From an uncultured Alphaproteobacteria bacterium (GTDB lineage: Bacteria > Pseudomonadota > Alphaproteobacteria > CACIAM-22H2): a stretch of DNA of 64,000 nucleotides. Below are positions 47,678 through 57,680 of the stretch, piece after piece. How positions within the stretch are numbered: position 1 is the first letter of the stretch; the number at the start of each line of letters is the position of its first letter. The DNA lies in NCBI GenBank assembly GCA_963748455.1, contig CAVVJD010000022.1, positions 384,143-448,142 of the forward strand, in the 5' to 3' direction. The position numbers and the translations under genes are program-made. The notes below the pieces were generated by a model. That model searched no databases. It had not been told where the DNA came from and saw only the letters and a program-made list of their open reading frames with translations.

Positions 47678-48913
47678 GCTTCAGCCGCGACGACGCCATC
47701 GCCCTCGACCGCGCCGACCCGCTCACGCCCGCGCGCACGGAGTTCGAGCTGCCGGAGAACATCATCTATCTCGACGGGAATTCACTGGGTGCCCTTCCGA
47801 AACGCACGCCCGCGCGACTGGCCGAGGTGGCGCGCGCCGAATGGGGCCAGGATCTGATCAAGAGCTGGACCACGCATGACTGGATCGACCTGCCGGCGCG
47901 CGTGGGCGACAAGATCGCGCGGCTGATCGGGGCTGCTCCCGGCGAGGTCATCGTCGCCGATTTCGACCTCGATCAACCTGTTCAAGGTGCTGTCGGCGGC
48001 GGTGCATCTCAATCCCGGCCGGCGGGTCATCCTGTCCGAACGCGATAATTTCCCGACCGACCTCTACATGGCGCAGGGGCTGATCGCGCAGCTTGGCGGC
48101 AAGCACGAGCTCAAGCTTGTGAACGGCGACGAGATCGCGGGTGCGATCGGCAGCGACACCGCCGTGGTCATGCTGACGCATGTCAATTACCGCACCGGCG
48201 CCATGTTCGATATGAACGCGATCACGCGGGCCGCGCACAAGGCGGGTGCCTTGATGCTGTGGGACCTGGCGCATAGTGCCGGCGCCGTGCCGGTCGATCT
48301 CGCCGGCGCCAATGCGGATTTCGCGGTCGGCTGCGGCTACAAATTCCTCAATGGCGGGCCGGGTGCGCCGGCGTTTGTGTGGGTGCCCAAGCGCCATCAG
48401 GACAATTTCGTGCAGCCGCTCTCGGGCTGGCTGGGCCATGCAGCACCCTTCGCGTTCGAGCCCGGATACCGGCCGGCCCAGGGTATCGCGCGCTATATCT
48501 GCGGCACGCCGCCGGTGCTGTCGCTGGCGGCGCTCGAGATCGGCGTCGACGGACTTCTTGCCGCGGATATGGCGGCCCTGCGCCGCAAATCTGTGGCGCT
48601 GACCGAGCTGTTCATCCGCTTGGTCGAGACGCATTGCGCCGGGCACGGCCTGTCGCTTGCGTCGCCGCGCGATGCAGCGAGCCGTGGCAGCCAGGTCTGT
48701 TTCCGGCATGGCGACGGCTATCCGATCATGCAGGCGCTGATCGCGCGCGGCGTGATCGGCGATTTCCGCGCGCCGGACATCCTGCGCTTCGGCTTCGCGC
48801 CGCTTTATGTGCGCCATGTCGATGTCTGGGATGCGGTCGCCATCCTCAAGGATGTCCTGACCAGCGCGGTGTGGGACCGGCCGGAATTCCGCCGCCGCGC
48901 CGCCGTGACCTGA
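47674..48913 (+). pseudogene. kynU: kynureninase, interrupted by a 1-nt frameshift at a T run
   Basis: ORF 47674..48048 matches the kynureninase N terminus up to ...GEVIVAD. The expected continuation [26 protein letters not shown]... is in ORF 47987..48913. GATTTCG at 47959..47965 would be in frame as GATTCG. Confidence 0.85.
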
Positions 48914-48924
48914 GAACAAACATC

Positions 48925-49785
48925 ATGAGCCCTCCGCGCAAGAAGAACGACGCGTTAAAGCCCGGCAATGCGGCTGCAGGCGCCTATACCGATTTCGCCG
49001 GCGAGATGAGCTATGGCGATTATCTCGGGCTCGACCAGCTCCTGGCGGCGCAGCGCCCGCGCTCCGACAATCACAACGAGATGCTGTTCATCATCCAGCA
49101 CCAGACCACCGAGCTGTGGATGAAGCTGGCGCTGCATGAGCTCAAGGCCGCGATTGCGTGCGTGCGCGAGGACAAGCTGCAGCCGGCTTTCAAGATGTTG
49201 GCGCGCATCAGCCGCATCATGGCGCAGCTGATCCAGGCGTGGGACGTGCTGTCGACGCTCACCCCCAGCGAGTATCTCGATTTCCGCAACAAGCTCGGCA
49301 AATCGTCGGGCTTCCAGTCGTACCAATATCGCACCATCGAATTCCTGCTGGGCAACAAGAACCGCGAGCTGCTGGCGCCGCATCGGCATAAACCGGAGAT
49401 CGCCGGGCCGCTCACCGAAGCTCTGGAGAGCCCGAGCCTCTATGACGAGGCGATCCGCCTGCTCGGCCGGCGCGGCTTCAAGATCGACAAGGCGGCACTG
49501 GAGCGCGACTGGTCCATCCCCTACCAGCCCAACAAATCGGTCGAGGCGGCGTGGATGGCGATCTATCGCGACACGAGCAAGCATTGGGGGCTTTACGAAC
49601 TCGCCGAGGAACTCGTCGATCTCGAGGATTTTTTCCGGCAATGGCGCTTCCGCCATGTGACGACGGTCGAGCGCGTGATCGGATTCAAGCGCGGCACCGG
49701 CGGCACGGCGGGGGTTGCGTATTTACGCAAATTGCTGGAGGTTCGCCTGTTTCCGGAGCTCTGGGACCTCCGCACGGAATTATAG
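48925..49785 (+). CDS. kynA: tryptophan 2,3-dioxygenase
   Basis: [13 protein letters not shown]...[18 protein letters not shown]...[13 protein letters not shown]...[27 protein letters not shown] are hallmarks. ATG at 48925. Confidence 0.9.
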   Translation: MSPPRKKNDALKPGNAAAGAYTDFAGEMSYGDYLGLDQLLAAQRPRSDNHNEMLFIIQHQTTELWMKLALHELKAAIACVREDKLQPAFKMLARISRIMAQLIQAWDVLSTLTPSEYLDFRNKLGKSSGFQSYQYRTIEFLLGNKNRELLAPHRHKPEIAGPLTEALESPSLYDEAIRLLGRRGFKIDKAALERDWSIPYQPNKSVEAAWMAIYRDTSKHWGLYELAEELVDLEDFFRQWRFRHVTTVERVIGFKRGTGGTAGVAYLRKLLEVRLFPELWDLRTEL

Positions 49786-49801
49786 GGACGAGAACGCCAT
49801 C

Positions 49802-50521
49802 ATGACGCTGACGCCCGAGAATCGCGAAAAGCTGCGCCACATCAGCGCCGCGACGATCACCACCGCCTTGTTCAAGCGCGGCTTGCGCAACCAGGCTGTG
49901 CAAGGGATCTATCCCGTGAATACCGGTGCCGCGCGCATGGTCGGCGAGGCCTACACGTTGCGCTACATTCCGGCGCGCGAGGATCTCGACCATATCAAGG
50001 TGTTCGAGGACCGCAGCCACCCGCAGCGCAAGGCGATCGAGGAATGTCCGCCGGGCCATGTGATGGTCGTCGATTCGCGCAAGGATCCGCGCGCGGCCTC
50101 GGCCGGCGGCATCCTCATCACGCGGCTGATGATGCGCAAGGCGGCCGGCATCGTCAGCGATGGCGGGTTCCGCGATACGCCCGACATCGCCAAGCTCGAG
50201 TTCCCGGTCTATTGCGCGCGCGGCTCGGCGCCGACCAACCTGATCCTGCACCACGCCACCGACATCAACGTGCCGATCGGCTGCGGCGACGCGCCGGTCT
50301 ATCCCGGCGACATCGTGGTGGGCGATGGCGAGGCGGTGGTCATCATCCCCGCCGCGATCGCCAACGAGATCGCCGAGGAAACCCACGAGATGACGATCTT
50401 CGAGGACTGGGTCGAATTGCAGGTGCGCACCGGCCGTTCGATCTTCGGCCTCTACCCGCCCGACGAAAAAACGCGCGCGGAGTTCGCCGCCTACAAGGCG
50501 CAGAAATACCCCAAGAAATAG
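49802..50521 (+). CDS. RraA-family protein (RNase E regulator / HMG-aldolase-like fold)
   Basis: GGILITRLMMRKAAGIVSDGGFRD...GDIVVGDGEAVVIIP pattern of the RraA/dimethylmenaquinone-methyltransferase-like family. Confidence 0.75.
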   Translation: MTLTPENREKLRHISAATITTALFKRGLRNQAVQGIYPVNTGAARMVGEAYTLRYIPAREDLDHIKVFEDRSHPQRKAIEECPPGHVMVVDSRKDPRAASAGGILITRLMMRKAAGIVSDGGFRDTPDIAKLEFPVYCARGSAPTNLILHHATDINVPIGCGDAPVYPGDIVVGDGEAVVIIPAAIANEIAEETHEMTIFEDWVELQVRTGRSIFGLYPPDEKTRAEFAAYKAQKYPKK

Positions 50522-50574
50522 GGCTCAGGCGGAGTCTTCCGCCGGCGGCGGCTTGACCCCGTTTTCACTAATAT

Positions 50575-50583
50575 GGTAGTACC
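50575..50583. promoter_or_regulatory. GGTAnTACC palindrome, candidate GntR/FadR-type operator
   Basis: GGTAGTACC is a perfect inverted repeat 38 nt upstream of the GntR gene start, just downstream of TTGACC (50553..50558). Confidence 0.3.
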
Positions 50584-50620
50584 TCTGCCAACAAAATGAC
50601 GGGTTGAGGGAACGCCGCGG

Positions 50621-51370
50621 GTGAAGAAGGCCGCCATAAAGATCGACGAGAACCGCTTCGTGGCGGAGCGGCGGGTGACCATCGCGCAGCAGGCGCATCA
50701 GTTCCTGCGCCGCGAGATCATCGATGCCAAGCTGCTGCCGCGCGCGCCCCTTTCCGAGCAGGAACTGTCCGAACGCCTGGGAGTCAGCCGCACGCCGATC
50801 CGCGAGGCGCTGATCAAACTGGCCGACGAGGGCCTGGTCGACATCTATCCGCAATTCGGCTCGTTCGTGGCGCCGATCAAACTGTCCGAGGTGTTCGACA
50901 GCCAGTTCGTGCGTGAATCCTTGGAATGCGCCGCTATGGAGCGCGCGGTCGAGCGGCTCACCTCCGCGCAGGAAGCGACGCTGCGCGCCATCATCGACAT
51001 GCAGCGGCGCGCGCAGCGCAGCGGCGACGCAACGGCCTTTTTCGAAGCCGACGAGCGCATGCACGCCTATCTGATGGAAATTGCCGGGCATGCCACCGTC
51101 TGGCATGTGGTCGAGAACGCCAAGGCGCAGATGGATCGCGTGCGCCATCTCAGCGTGCGCAATTCGATCAAAACGGCGGCGGTCGTCAACGAGCACAGCG
51201 CCATTATCGACTGCGTGCTGAAGCGCGACCGCGTTGGCGCCCTCGAGGCGCTGCGCGTGCATCTGCGCGGGGTGTTCCGCAGCGTCGAGAATTTGGCCAA
51301 CGAGAACCCGAAATATTTCGCCGAAGAGGGCGAAGGGCCGCCGCGACGCGCGGCGCGTGTCAGGAAATAA
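50621..51370 (+). CDS. GntR family transcriptional regulator (FadR/FCD subfamily)
   Basis: wHTH LSEQELSERLGVSRTPIREALIKLADEGLV plus a C-terminal helical FCD-like domain. GTG start. Confidence 0.85.
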   Translation: MKKAAIKIDENRFVAERRVTIAQQAHQFLRREIIDAKLLPRAPLSEQELSERLGVSRTPIREALIKLADEGLVDIYPQFGSFVAPIKLSEVFDSQFVRESLECAAMERAVERLTSAQEATLRAIIDMQRRAQRSGDATAFFEADERMHAYLMEIAGHATVWHVVENAKAQMDRVRHLSVRNSIKTAAVVNEHSAIIDCVLKRDRVGALEALRVHLRGVFRSVENLANENPKYFAEEGEGPPRRAARVRK

Positions 51371-51389
51371 CCAGCAACCGAAACCTCTC

Positions 51390-52586
51390 ATGAAAATCAC
51401 CGACATCAAGACGTTCCTGATGCAGGCCGGGGCACCCTCCGACAAGGCCTGGGCCTCCGATGGCAAAGGCCATCAGACGGGTGCGCGAAACTGGCTGTTT
51501 GTGAAGGTGTACACAGACGAAGGCATCACCGGAGTCGGCGAGTGCAGCGGCTGGCCGCGCGTCATCGAAACCGCGGTCAAGGATCTGACCAGCGTGCTGA
51601 TCGGCGAGGACCCGGCCCATATCGAGAAGCTGTGGCAGAAGATGCTGGTGGCGCAGATGGGCCACGGCATGACCGGCATCGTGGGTGCCGGCGCCATGAC
51701 CGGCATCGACATGGCGCTGTGGGATATCAAGGGCAAGGCGCTCAACACGCCGGTGTGGAACCTGCTGGGCGGCAAGGTGCGCGACAAGATCCGCATCTAT
51801 TCGCATGCCAGCACGCCCGACGTGGCGCTCGACCTCAAGCGGCGCGGCATCACCGCGGTCAAGACCGGCGGCGTCAAGGATCCGTTGCGCAAGGTCGAGG
51901 CAATCCGCGACGCCATCGGCGACGAGATGGATTTGATGGTCGATCTGCATGGACCGCCGTGGATGACGCCCAAGGACGCGATCGTGCTGGGCCGCGCCTT
52001 GGAGCCGTTCCATTTGCTGTTCATGGAAGACCCGGTGGCGCCGGAAAACCTCGATGGCCTCGCGCGCGTGCAAGATCAGGTCGCGATCCCGATCGCGGCG
52101 GGCGAGCGCTCCGCCACGATCTGGGGCTGGCGGCCGATGATCGAGCGCGAGATCGTCGACGTGATCCAGCCCGATACGGGCCGGGCCGGCGGCATCAGCC
52201 AAATGAAGAAGCTGGCCGGCATGGCGGAGGCGCATCACATCATGATGGCGCCGCATTCGGGCTCGCTGGGGCCGGTGGCGGAATACGCGGCGCTGCATCT
52301 GCTGGCGGCGATCCCCAATGCGCTGATGCTGGAGCGCATCGAGGACGATTGGCCGGGGCGGCGCGACATCATCTCCGCGCATCCCGAGCAGAAGAACGGG
52401 TTTCTCGATGTGCCGAACACGCCGGGCCTGGGCGTGGACATCAACGAAGAATTCATCGCCAAGCTGCCGAGCCAACGCAATGTCTCGATTGCCGGCGGCG
52501 GCTACGAGCCCGGCACCGAGCAGGAATACGTCTACGTGCAGACGCGCCTGCACCGCGCCGCCGCGTTCAAGCGCAAGAAAACCTGA
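51390..52586 (+). CDS. enolase-superfamily enzyme (mandelate racemase/muconate lactonizing family, acid-sugar dehydratase-like)
   Basis: MKITDIKTF...LFVKVYTDEGITGVGE...DMALWDIKGKALN...DLHG...EDP... pattern. ATG at 51390. Confidence 0.85.
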   Translation: MKITDIKTFLMQAGAPSDKAWASDGKGHQTGARNWLFVKVYTDEGITGVGECSGWPRVIETAVKDLTSVLIGEDPAHIEKLWQKMLVAQMGHGMTGIVGAGAMTGIDMALWDIKGKALNTPVWNLLGGKVRDKIRIYSHASTPDVALDLKRRGITAVKTGGVKDPLRKVEAIRDAIGDEMDLMVDLHGPPWMTPKDAIVLGRALEPFHLLFMEDPVAPENLDGLARVQDQVAIPIAAGERSATIWGWRPMIEREIVDVIQPDTGRAGGISQMKKLAGMAEAHHIMMAPHSGSLGPVAEYAALHLLAAIPNALMLERIEDDWPGRRDIISAHPEQKNGFLDVPNTPGLGVDINEEFIAKLPSQRNVSIAGGGYEPGTEQEYVYVQTRLHRAAAFKRKKT

Positions 52587-52643
52587 TCGACACCGCGCAA
52601 CGCCGGCACAAAGGCTGGCACAACAACTGGGAGGAACACGACC

Positions 52644-53837
52644 ATGACACGGACCACAGGACGCCGTAACGTGATGATCGGCATGGCGGGCACGCTTGCC
52701 GCCGCGCCGCTGATGCGGGCCTTCGCCGCCGATCCGCTCGCACCACTGCCGAAATCGCCGGTGGCGATCAACGTCATCGACATCGCGGGCAATCTCGCGC
52801 TGACGCAGGCGGCCCTTGAGAAGTACCGCAGAGACAAGCCCAACCTCGTCTCACGCATCACCTTCACCAAGGCGCCGGCCCCGGAGCTCGCCGGCAAGCT
52901 CAAGGCGCAGCAGCAGGCGGGCCGCACCGATATCGACCTGGTGCTGACCGGCATCGATGGCCTGGCGGCGGGCATCGAGCAGCAGCTTTACGTGCCCGTG
53001 CTCGAGTACGTTCAGGCGAAGATCCCGAACATGATGGCGAACTATCTGCCGGGTGCGCAGAAGATGCAGGGCATGGCGGCGGGCCAGGGCGTGGTCGTCG
53101 TCTACACGCCGTCGGGCCCGGTCATCGAGTTCAACCCCGCCAAGGTCAAGACCCCGCCGACCTCGCCGGCCGAGCTGCTGGCCTGGGCGAAGGCCAATCC
53201 CAACCGCTTCCTCTATGCCCGCCCGGCCAATTCCGGCCCGGCGCGCATCTTCATCATGGGCCTGCCCTACCAGCTGGGCGACAGCAATCCGCAAGATCCG
53301 ATCAAGGGCTGGGACAAGACCTGGGCCTATCTCAAGGAGCTGAATCAGTACGTCGAGTACTATCCCGCCGGCACCGGCGCGGTGATGAAGGAGCTCGGCG
53401 AAGGCTCGCGCGACATGGTGCCCTCGATGTTCGGCTGGGACATCAATCCGCGCGCGCTGGGCGTGGTGCCGAAGGAGATGGAGGTCGCTCTCTTCCAGAA
53501 CACCACTTTTGTGCTCGATGCACATTACATGGCCGTGCCCAAAGGTGTATCGCCGGAGAAGCTGGCGGTGCTGGTCGACCTCATGGTCTACATGCTGCAG
53601 CCTGAGCAGCAGGCGTATGCCTACGACCAGGGCTATTTCTATCCCGGCCCGGCGGTCAAGGACGTGCCGGTGACCATGGCGCCCAAGGAAAGCCAGGACA
53701 CGCTCAAGGAGTTCGGCCGGCCGCAATATGATAAGTGGATCGCCGAACGTCCCAGCGCGCTGCCGCTCGGGGCCACGCAGCTTGTGGAAATGTTCCGGAA
53801 ATGGGACACCGATATCGGCGGCGCCAAACTGAAGTAA
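52644..53837 (+). CDS. ABC transporter substrate-binding protein (Tat/Sec signal)
   Basis: N-terminal TGRRNVMIGMAGTLAAAPLMRAFA signal. PotD/family-1-like SBP sequence. Confidence 0.8.
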   Translation: MTRTTGRRNVMIGMAGTLAAAPLMRAFAADPLAPLPKSPVAINVIDIAGNLALTQAALEKYRRDKPNLVSRITFTKAPAPELAGKLKAQQQAGRTDIDLVLTGIDGLAAGIEQQLYVPVLEYVQAKIPNMMANYLPGAQKMQGMAAGQGVVVVYTPSGPVIEFNPAKVKTPPTSPAELLAWAKANPNRFLYARPANSGPARIFIMGLPYQLGDSNPQDPIKGWDKTWAYLKELNQYVEYYPAGTGAVMKELGEGSRDMVPSMFGWDINPRALGVVPKEMEVALFQNTTFVLDAHYMAVPKGVSPEKLAVLVDLMVYMLQPEQQAYAYDQGYFYPGPAVKDVPVTMAPKESQDTLKEFGRPQYDKWIAERPSALPLGATQLVEMFRKWDTDIGGAKLK

Positions 53838-53860
53838 GATCGAAGGACCGGAGACGGCTC

Positions 53861-54964
53861 ATGCCAGACAATCGCCTGAACATCGCGGCGGATTTCCAGG
53901 ACCTCAAACTGGATCGCATGAGCCGTCGTTTCGGTACGCAATACGCGCTGCGCGAGCTCACGCTCACCATCAAGCGCGGCGAATTCATCGCCTTGCTGGG
54001 CCCGTCGGGCTGCGGCAAGACCACCGCCCTCAACTGCCTCGCCGGCCTTCTGACGCTGACCGATGGCAGCATCTGGCTCGACCAGCGGCGCATCGATGTG
54101 CTGCGGCCCGAAGAGCGCGGCTTCGGCATGGTGTTCCAGAATTACGCGCTGTTCCCGCATATGAGCGTGCGCAAGAACATCGCCTTCGGCCTGATGATGC
54201 GCAAACTGCCCAAGGCCGAGATCAACGAGCGCGTCGAGCGCGCCATCAAGCTGGTGCAGCTCCAGGCGCATACCGAGAAGCTGCCGGGTCAGCTTTCCGG
54301 CGGCCAGCAGCAGCGCGTCGCCATCGCGCGCGCGATCGTCATCGAGCCGCCGCTGATCTTGATGGATGAGCCGCTCTCCAATCTCGACGCGAAGCTGCGC
54401 CTGGAAATGCGCGCGGAGATCCGCGCCATCCACCGCGCCCTGGGCCGCGCCACGGTCTACGTGACGCACGACCAGGAAGAAGCACTGTCGCTCGCAGACC
54501 GCGTCGTGGTGATGAAGGACGGCGTGGTGCGCCAGGTCGGCACGCCGGAGGAGCTCTATCACCGTCCCGCCAATCTCGACGTCGCCAATTTCATGGGGTT
54601 CCAGAACGCCATCGCCTGCGAGACGCGCAGCTCGGGCGGCGACGCGGTGACGATCCGCGCCGGCACAATGACGCTCAACGGCACGGCGCGCGAGCGCCTG
54701 GGGACACGTGGTATTGCCGTGTTCCGGCCGGAGGACATCATGCCGGTGACGGGCGGCGCCAATACCATTCCGGCTGAGGTCGTCAGCGTCGATTACGGCG
54801 GGCGCGAATTCCTGCTCAAGGCGAAGACCGCCGACGGCGTCATCCTGCATGCGCGCAGCGAGCATCGCGTCACGCTGGGCGAGCGCATCACGCTGGGCAT
54901 CGAGCCCGCGCGCCTGCTGGTGTTCGCGGCGGACGCGCCCGAGCTGCGCGCGGCGGCGGAGTAA
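53861..54964 (+). CDS. ABC transporter ATP-binding protein
   Basis: Walker [10 protein letters not shown], signature [14 protein letters not shown], Walker B ILMDEPLS, and a C-terminal TOBE-like region. Confidence 0.9.
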   Translation: MPDNRLNIAADFQDLKLDRMSRRFGTQYALRELTLTIKRGEFIALLGPSGCGKTTALNCLAGLLTLTDGSIWLDQRRIDVLRPEERGFGMVFQNYALFPHMSVRKNIAFGLMMRKLPKAEINERVERAIKLVQLQAHTEKLPGQLSGGQQQRVAIARAIVIEPPLILMDEPLSNLDAKLRLEMRAEIRAIHRALGRATVYVTHDQEEALSLADRVVVMKDGVVRQVGTPEELYHRPANLDVANFMGFQNAIACETRSSGGDAVTIRAGTMTLNGTARERLGTRGIAVFRPEDIMPVTGGANTIPAEVVSVDYGGREFLLKAKTADGVILHARSEHRVTLGERITLGIEPARLLVFAADAPELRAAAE

Positions 54965-54968
54965 CGCC

Positions 54969-55862
54969 ATGGCGACAAGCGTTGCCGATCTCGGCGCTGC
55001 AAGCACGCCACGCCGCTTTGCCGTCGACAGCACCTGGCTGCTGGTGGCGCCGGCCGTGCTGTTCGTGCTGCTGCTGTTCATCTTCCCGTTCGTCTACGGG
55101 CTGGTGCTGTCCTTCACGCCGCCCAAGGGCGACTGGATCGCGAACTACGTCCGCTTCTTCAGCGAATCCTCGTTCCGCGACACGATCGCCAAGACGCTCT
55201 ATCTCGCGGTGCCGAGCACGCTCATCAACGTGCTGCTGGCGGTGCCAATCGCGTACGCGATCCGGCAGCCCTCGTGGTTTCAGCGCGCGCTGACGACGAT
55301 TCTGGTCGTGCCGATCACGCTGGGCACGGTGCTGATCGCCGACGGGCTGCTCACCTATCTGGGGCCGCAGGGCTGGGTCAACCGCACGCTGTTGCTGCTG
55401 GGCATGGTCGATTCGCCCATCCGCCTCGTCCATAATTACTGGGGCGTGCTGCTGGCGATCATCATCAGCGGGTTTCCGTTCACCTTCCTGCTGACCCTTT
55501 CCTACATCACCGGCATCGACCCGTCGCTGGCGCGCGCCGCCGCGACGCTGGGGGCCGGGCCGTTCGAGCAATTCCGGCGGATCTACCTGCCGCTGCTGAT
55601 GCCGGGCGTGACGGTGGCGTTCTGCCTGACCTTCGTGCAGGCGTTCTCCGTCTTCCCCTCCGCCGTGCTGTTGGGCGCCCCCGCGGGGCCGACGCGCGTG
55701 ATCTCGATCGCGGCCTATCAATCCGCGTTCGAGGATTACGATTATTCGATGGCGTCGGCGGTGGCGATGATCATGGGCATCACGCAGCTGCTGATCGTCG
55801 GTGGCATCCTGTCGCTGCGGCAGGTCTTCTATCGCGGGCCCGCCAGCGGGACGAAGGGCTGA
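54969..55862 (+). CDS. ABC transporter permease
   Basis: Six predicted TM segments. EAA-like loop (DPSLARAAATLGAGPFEQFRRIYLP). Confidence 0.85.
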   Translation: MATSVADLGAASTPRRFAVDSTWLLVAPAVLFVLLLFIFPFVYGLVLSFTPPKGDWIANYVRFFSESSFRDTIAKTLYLAVPSTLINVLLAVPIAYAIRQPSWFQRALTTILVVPITLGTVLIADGLLTYLGPQGWVNRTLLLLGMVDSPIRLVHNYWGVLLAIIISGFPFTFLLTLSYITGIDPSLARAAATLGAGPFEQFRRIYLPLLMPGVTVAFCLTFVQAFSVFPSAVLLGAPAGPTRVISIAAYQSAFEDYDYSMASAVAMIMGITQLLIVGGILSLRQVFYRGPASGTKG

Positions 55863-55867
55863 CGCCA

Positions 55868-56710
55868 ATGGATTTGCAACGCGCAACGCGCCAGATGATA
55901 GCCGCCAAGCTGTGGAACACGGCCGTGTGGGCGGTGATGCTGTTCTTCCTGATCAATGTCGGCGCCATGGTCGCAACCGTCCTTGTCAATTCGCTTGCGA
56001 CGCGCTGGCTCGGCACCTGGCTGCCGGCCGGCTGGACGTTCCGCTGGTACAAAGTGGCGTGGGACGAGTTCCAGCTCACCGAATTGCTGATCGTCACGAT
56101 GCAGATCACGTTCAGCGTCGTCGGTCTCTCCATCCTGATCGGCGTGCCGGCGGCCTATGCGCTGGCGCGGCGGGAGTTCTGGGCGAAACGCTGGCTGATG
56201 CTGCTGTTCCTGCTGCCGATGCTTGTCCCACCGATCACCTACGGCATCCCGCTGGCGACCGTGCTCTACCAAGCGCACCTTGGCGGCACGATGGCGGGCG
56301 TGATCCTCGCGAACCTGGTGCCGACCGTGCCCTTTGTCATTCTCGTAATGATTCCGTTCATCGAGCAGGTCGACCAGAACCTCGAATCGGCGGCGCGGGT
56401 GTTCGGCGCCAATCTGCCGCGCGTCTTCATCCATGTGCTGGTGCCGCTGCTGGCGCCTGGCATTCTCGCCGCGGCGCTCATCGTGATGGTGCGCACGCTG
56501 GGGATGTTCGAACTGACCTTCCTCACCGCCGGGCCGGACAGCCAGACGCTGGTCGTCGCGCTCTATTACGCGGCGTTCGCGGCGGGCGTGCGCGCCGGCC
56601 AGTCGATCGATGCGATGGCCGTCACTTACATGGCAACGACGCTGATCTGGCTGCTGATCGCGCTGCGCTTCGTCAACCCGACCCAGCTCGTAACACGGGT
56701 GAAGACCTAG
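55868..56710 (+). CDS. ABC transporter permease
   Basis: TM-rich, with EAA-like loop (DQNLESAARVFGANLPRVFIHVLVP). Confidence 0.85.
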   Translation: MDLQRATRQMIAAKLWNTAVWAVMLFFLINVGAMVATVLVNSLATRWLGTWLPAGWTFRWYKVAWDEFQLTELLIVTMQITFSVVGLSILIGVPAAYALARREFWAKRWLMLLFLLPMLVPPITYGIPLATVLYQAHLGGTMAGVILANLVPTVPFVILVMIPFIEQVDQNLESAARVFGANLPRVFIHVLVPLLAPGILAAALIVMVRTLGMFELTFLTAGPDSQTLVVALYYAAFAAGVRAGQSIDAMAVTYMATTLIWLLIALRFVNPTQLVTRVKT

Positions 56711-56816
56711 CCCGTCTGGAAGGCGCGGCATCCACAGGGTATAGTTCCCGCGTAGACGAATGATGGCCGGATGCCCGGCCGGAAGATCGCTCTGCCCCCT
56801 TGGGAGGTCCATTCGA

Positions 56817-57539
56817 ATGACGATCCAGACACAACCCGGCGCGCGTTTGGGACGCCGGAAGTTCCTCGCCCTGGCCGGCGCCGCCGCGGCGTCCGGCACG
56901 CTTGCCGCCCCCGCCATCGCCCAGAACCGGCCGCCGCTCGAGCTGATGAAGCTGCCCTATGACGAGGCAGCGCTGGCCCCGGTGATCTCCGGCAACACGG
57001 TCAGCTTCCACTACGGCAAACACCATCGCGGCTATGTCGACACGGTCAACCGGCTGGTCCAGAACGACCCGCTGGGGCAGTTGCCGCTCGAGGAGCTGAT
57101 CAAGACCACCTCGATCAACCCGAACCGAGCCGCCATCTTCAACGCGGCCGCGCAGATCTGGAATCACGATTTCTACTGGAAGTGTCTGAAGCCGGGCGGC
57201 GGCGGGGCCCCCACCGGCGCGATCAAGGCGAAGATCGACGAGGATCTCGGCGGCTTCGACAAATTCAAGACGGATTTCGCGGCGATCAGCAACGGCCAGT
57301 TCGGCAGCGGCTGGGGCTGGCTGGTGGTCGATAACGGCAAGCTCGCCCTCACCCGCACGCCCAACGCCGAGACGCCGATGGTGCGCGGCGCCACCTGTCT
57401 GCTCACCATCGACGTGTGGGAGCATGCCTATTATCTCGACTACCAGAACCGGCGCGCGGATTACACGGCGGCGCTGATCGACAAGCTGTTGAACTGGGAC
57501 TTCGCCAACGAGCAATTGGCCACGGCCAAGAAAGGCTGA
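56817..57539 (+). CDS. Fe-type superoxide dismutase with twin-arginine signal peptide
   Basis: MTIQTQPGARLGRRKFLALAGAAAASGTLAAPAIAQ precedes a complete SodB-like domain (FHYGKHH, FNAAAQIWNHDFYW, FGSGWGWLV, DVWEHAYYLDY). Confidence 0.85.
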   Translation: MTIQTQPGARLGRRKFLALAGAAAASGTLAAPAIAQNRPPLELMKLPYDEAALAPVISGNTVSFHYGKHHRGYVDTVNRLVQNDPLGQLPLEELIKTTSINPNRAAIFNAAAQIWNHDFYWKCLKPGGGGAPTGAIKAKIDEDLGGFDKFKTDFAAISNGQFGSGWGWLVVDNGKLALTRTPNAETPMVRGATCLLTIDVWEHAYYLDYQNRRADYTAALIDKLLNWDFANEQLATAKKG

Positions 57540-57623
57540 GGCGGCCGCTGGGCGGCCCGCCCACATCGACCAGCGTCGATCTGGAAGCTGCCGCCGCGGG
57601 GGGTCTAAACTCCGCTCCCCGAC

Positions 57624-57656
57624 CGGCCGGATGGACAGATAACGTCCATCCGGCCG
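57624..57656 (+). terminator. perfect 13-bp hairpin between the two SOD genes (terminator-like, no U tract)
   Basis: cggccggatggac (57624..57636) / gtccatccggccg (57644..57656), 7-nt loop. Confidence 0.4.
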
Positions 57657-57680
57657 CTTCACACATGGAGTTAACACAAC

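Noticed and set aside
51360-52553. 397-aa minus-strand ORF, with similar ones at 52851..53726, 53639..55081, 54888..55886 and 55829..56917
   Set aside because: All are antisense to the enolase-superfamily/ABC transporter genes, whose own frames carry Walker, EAA and enolase motifs.
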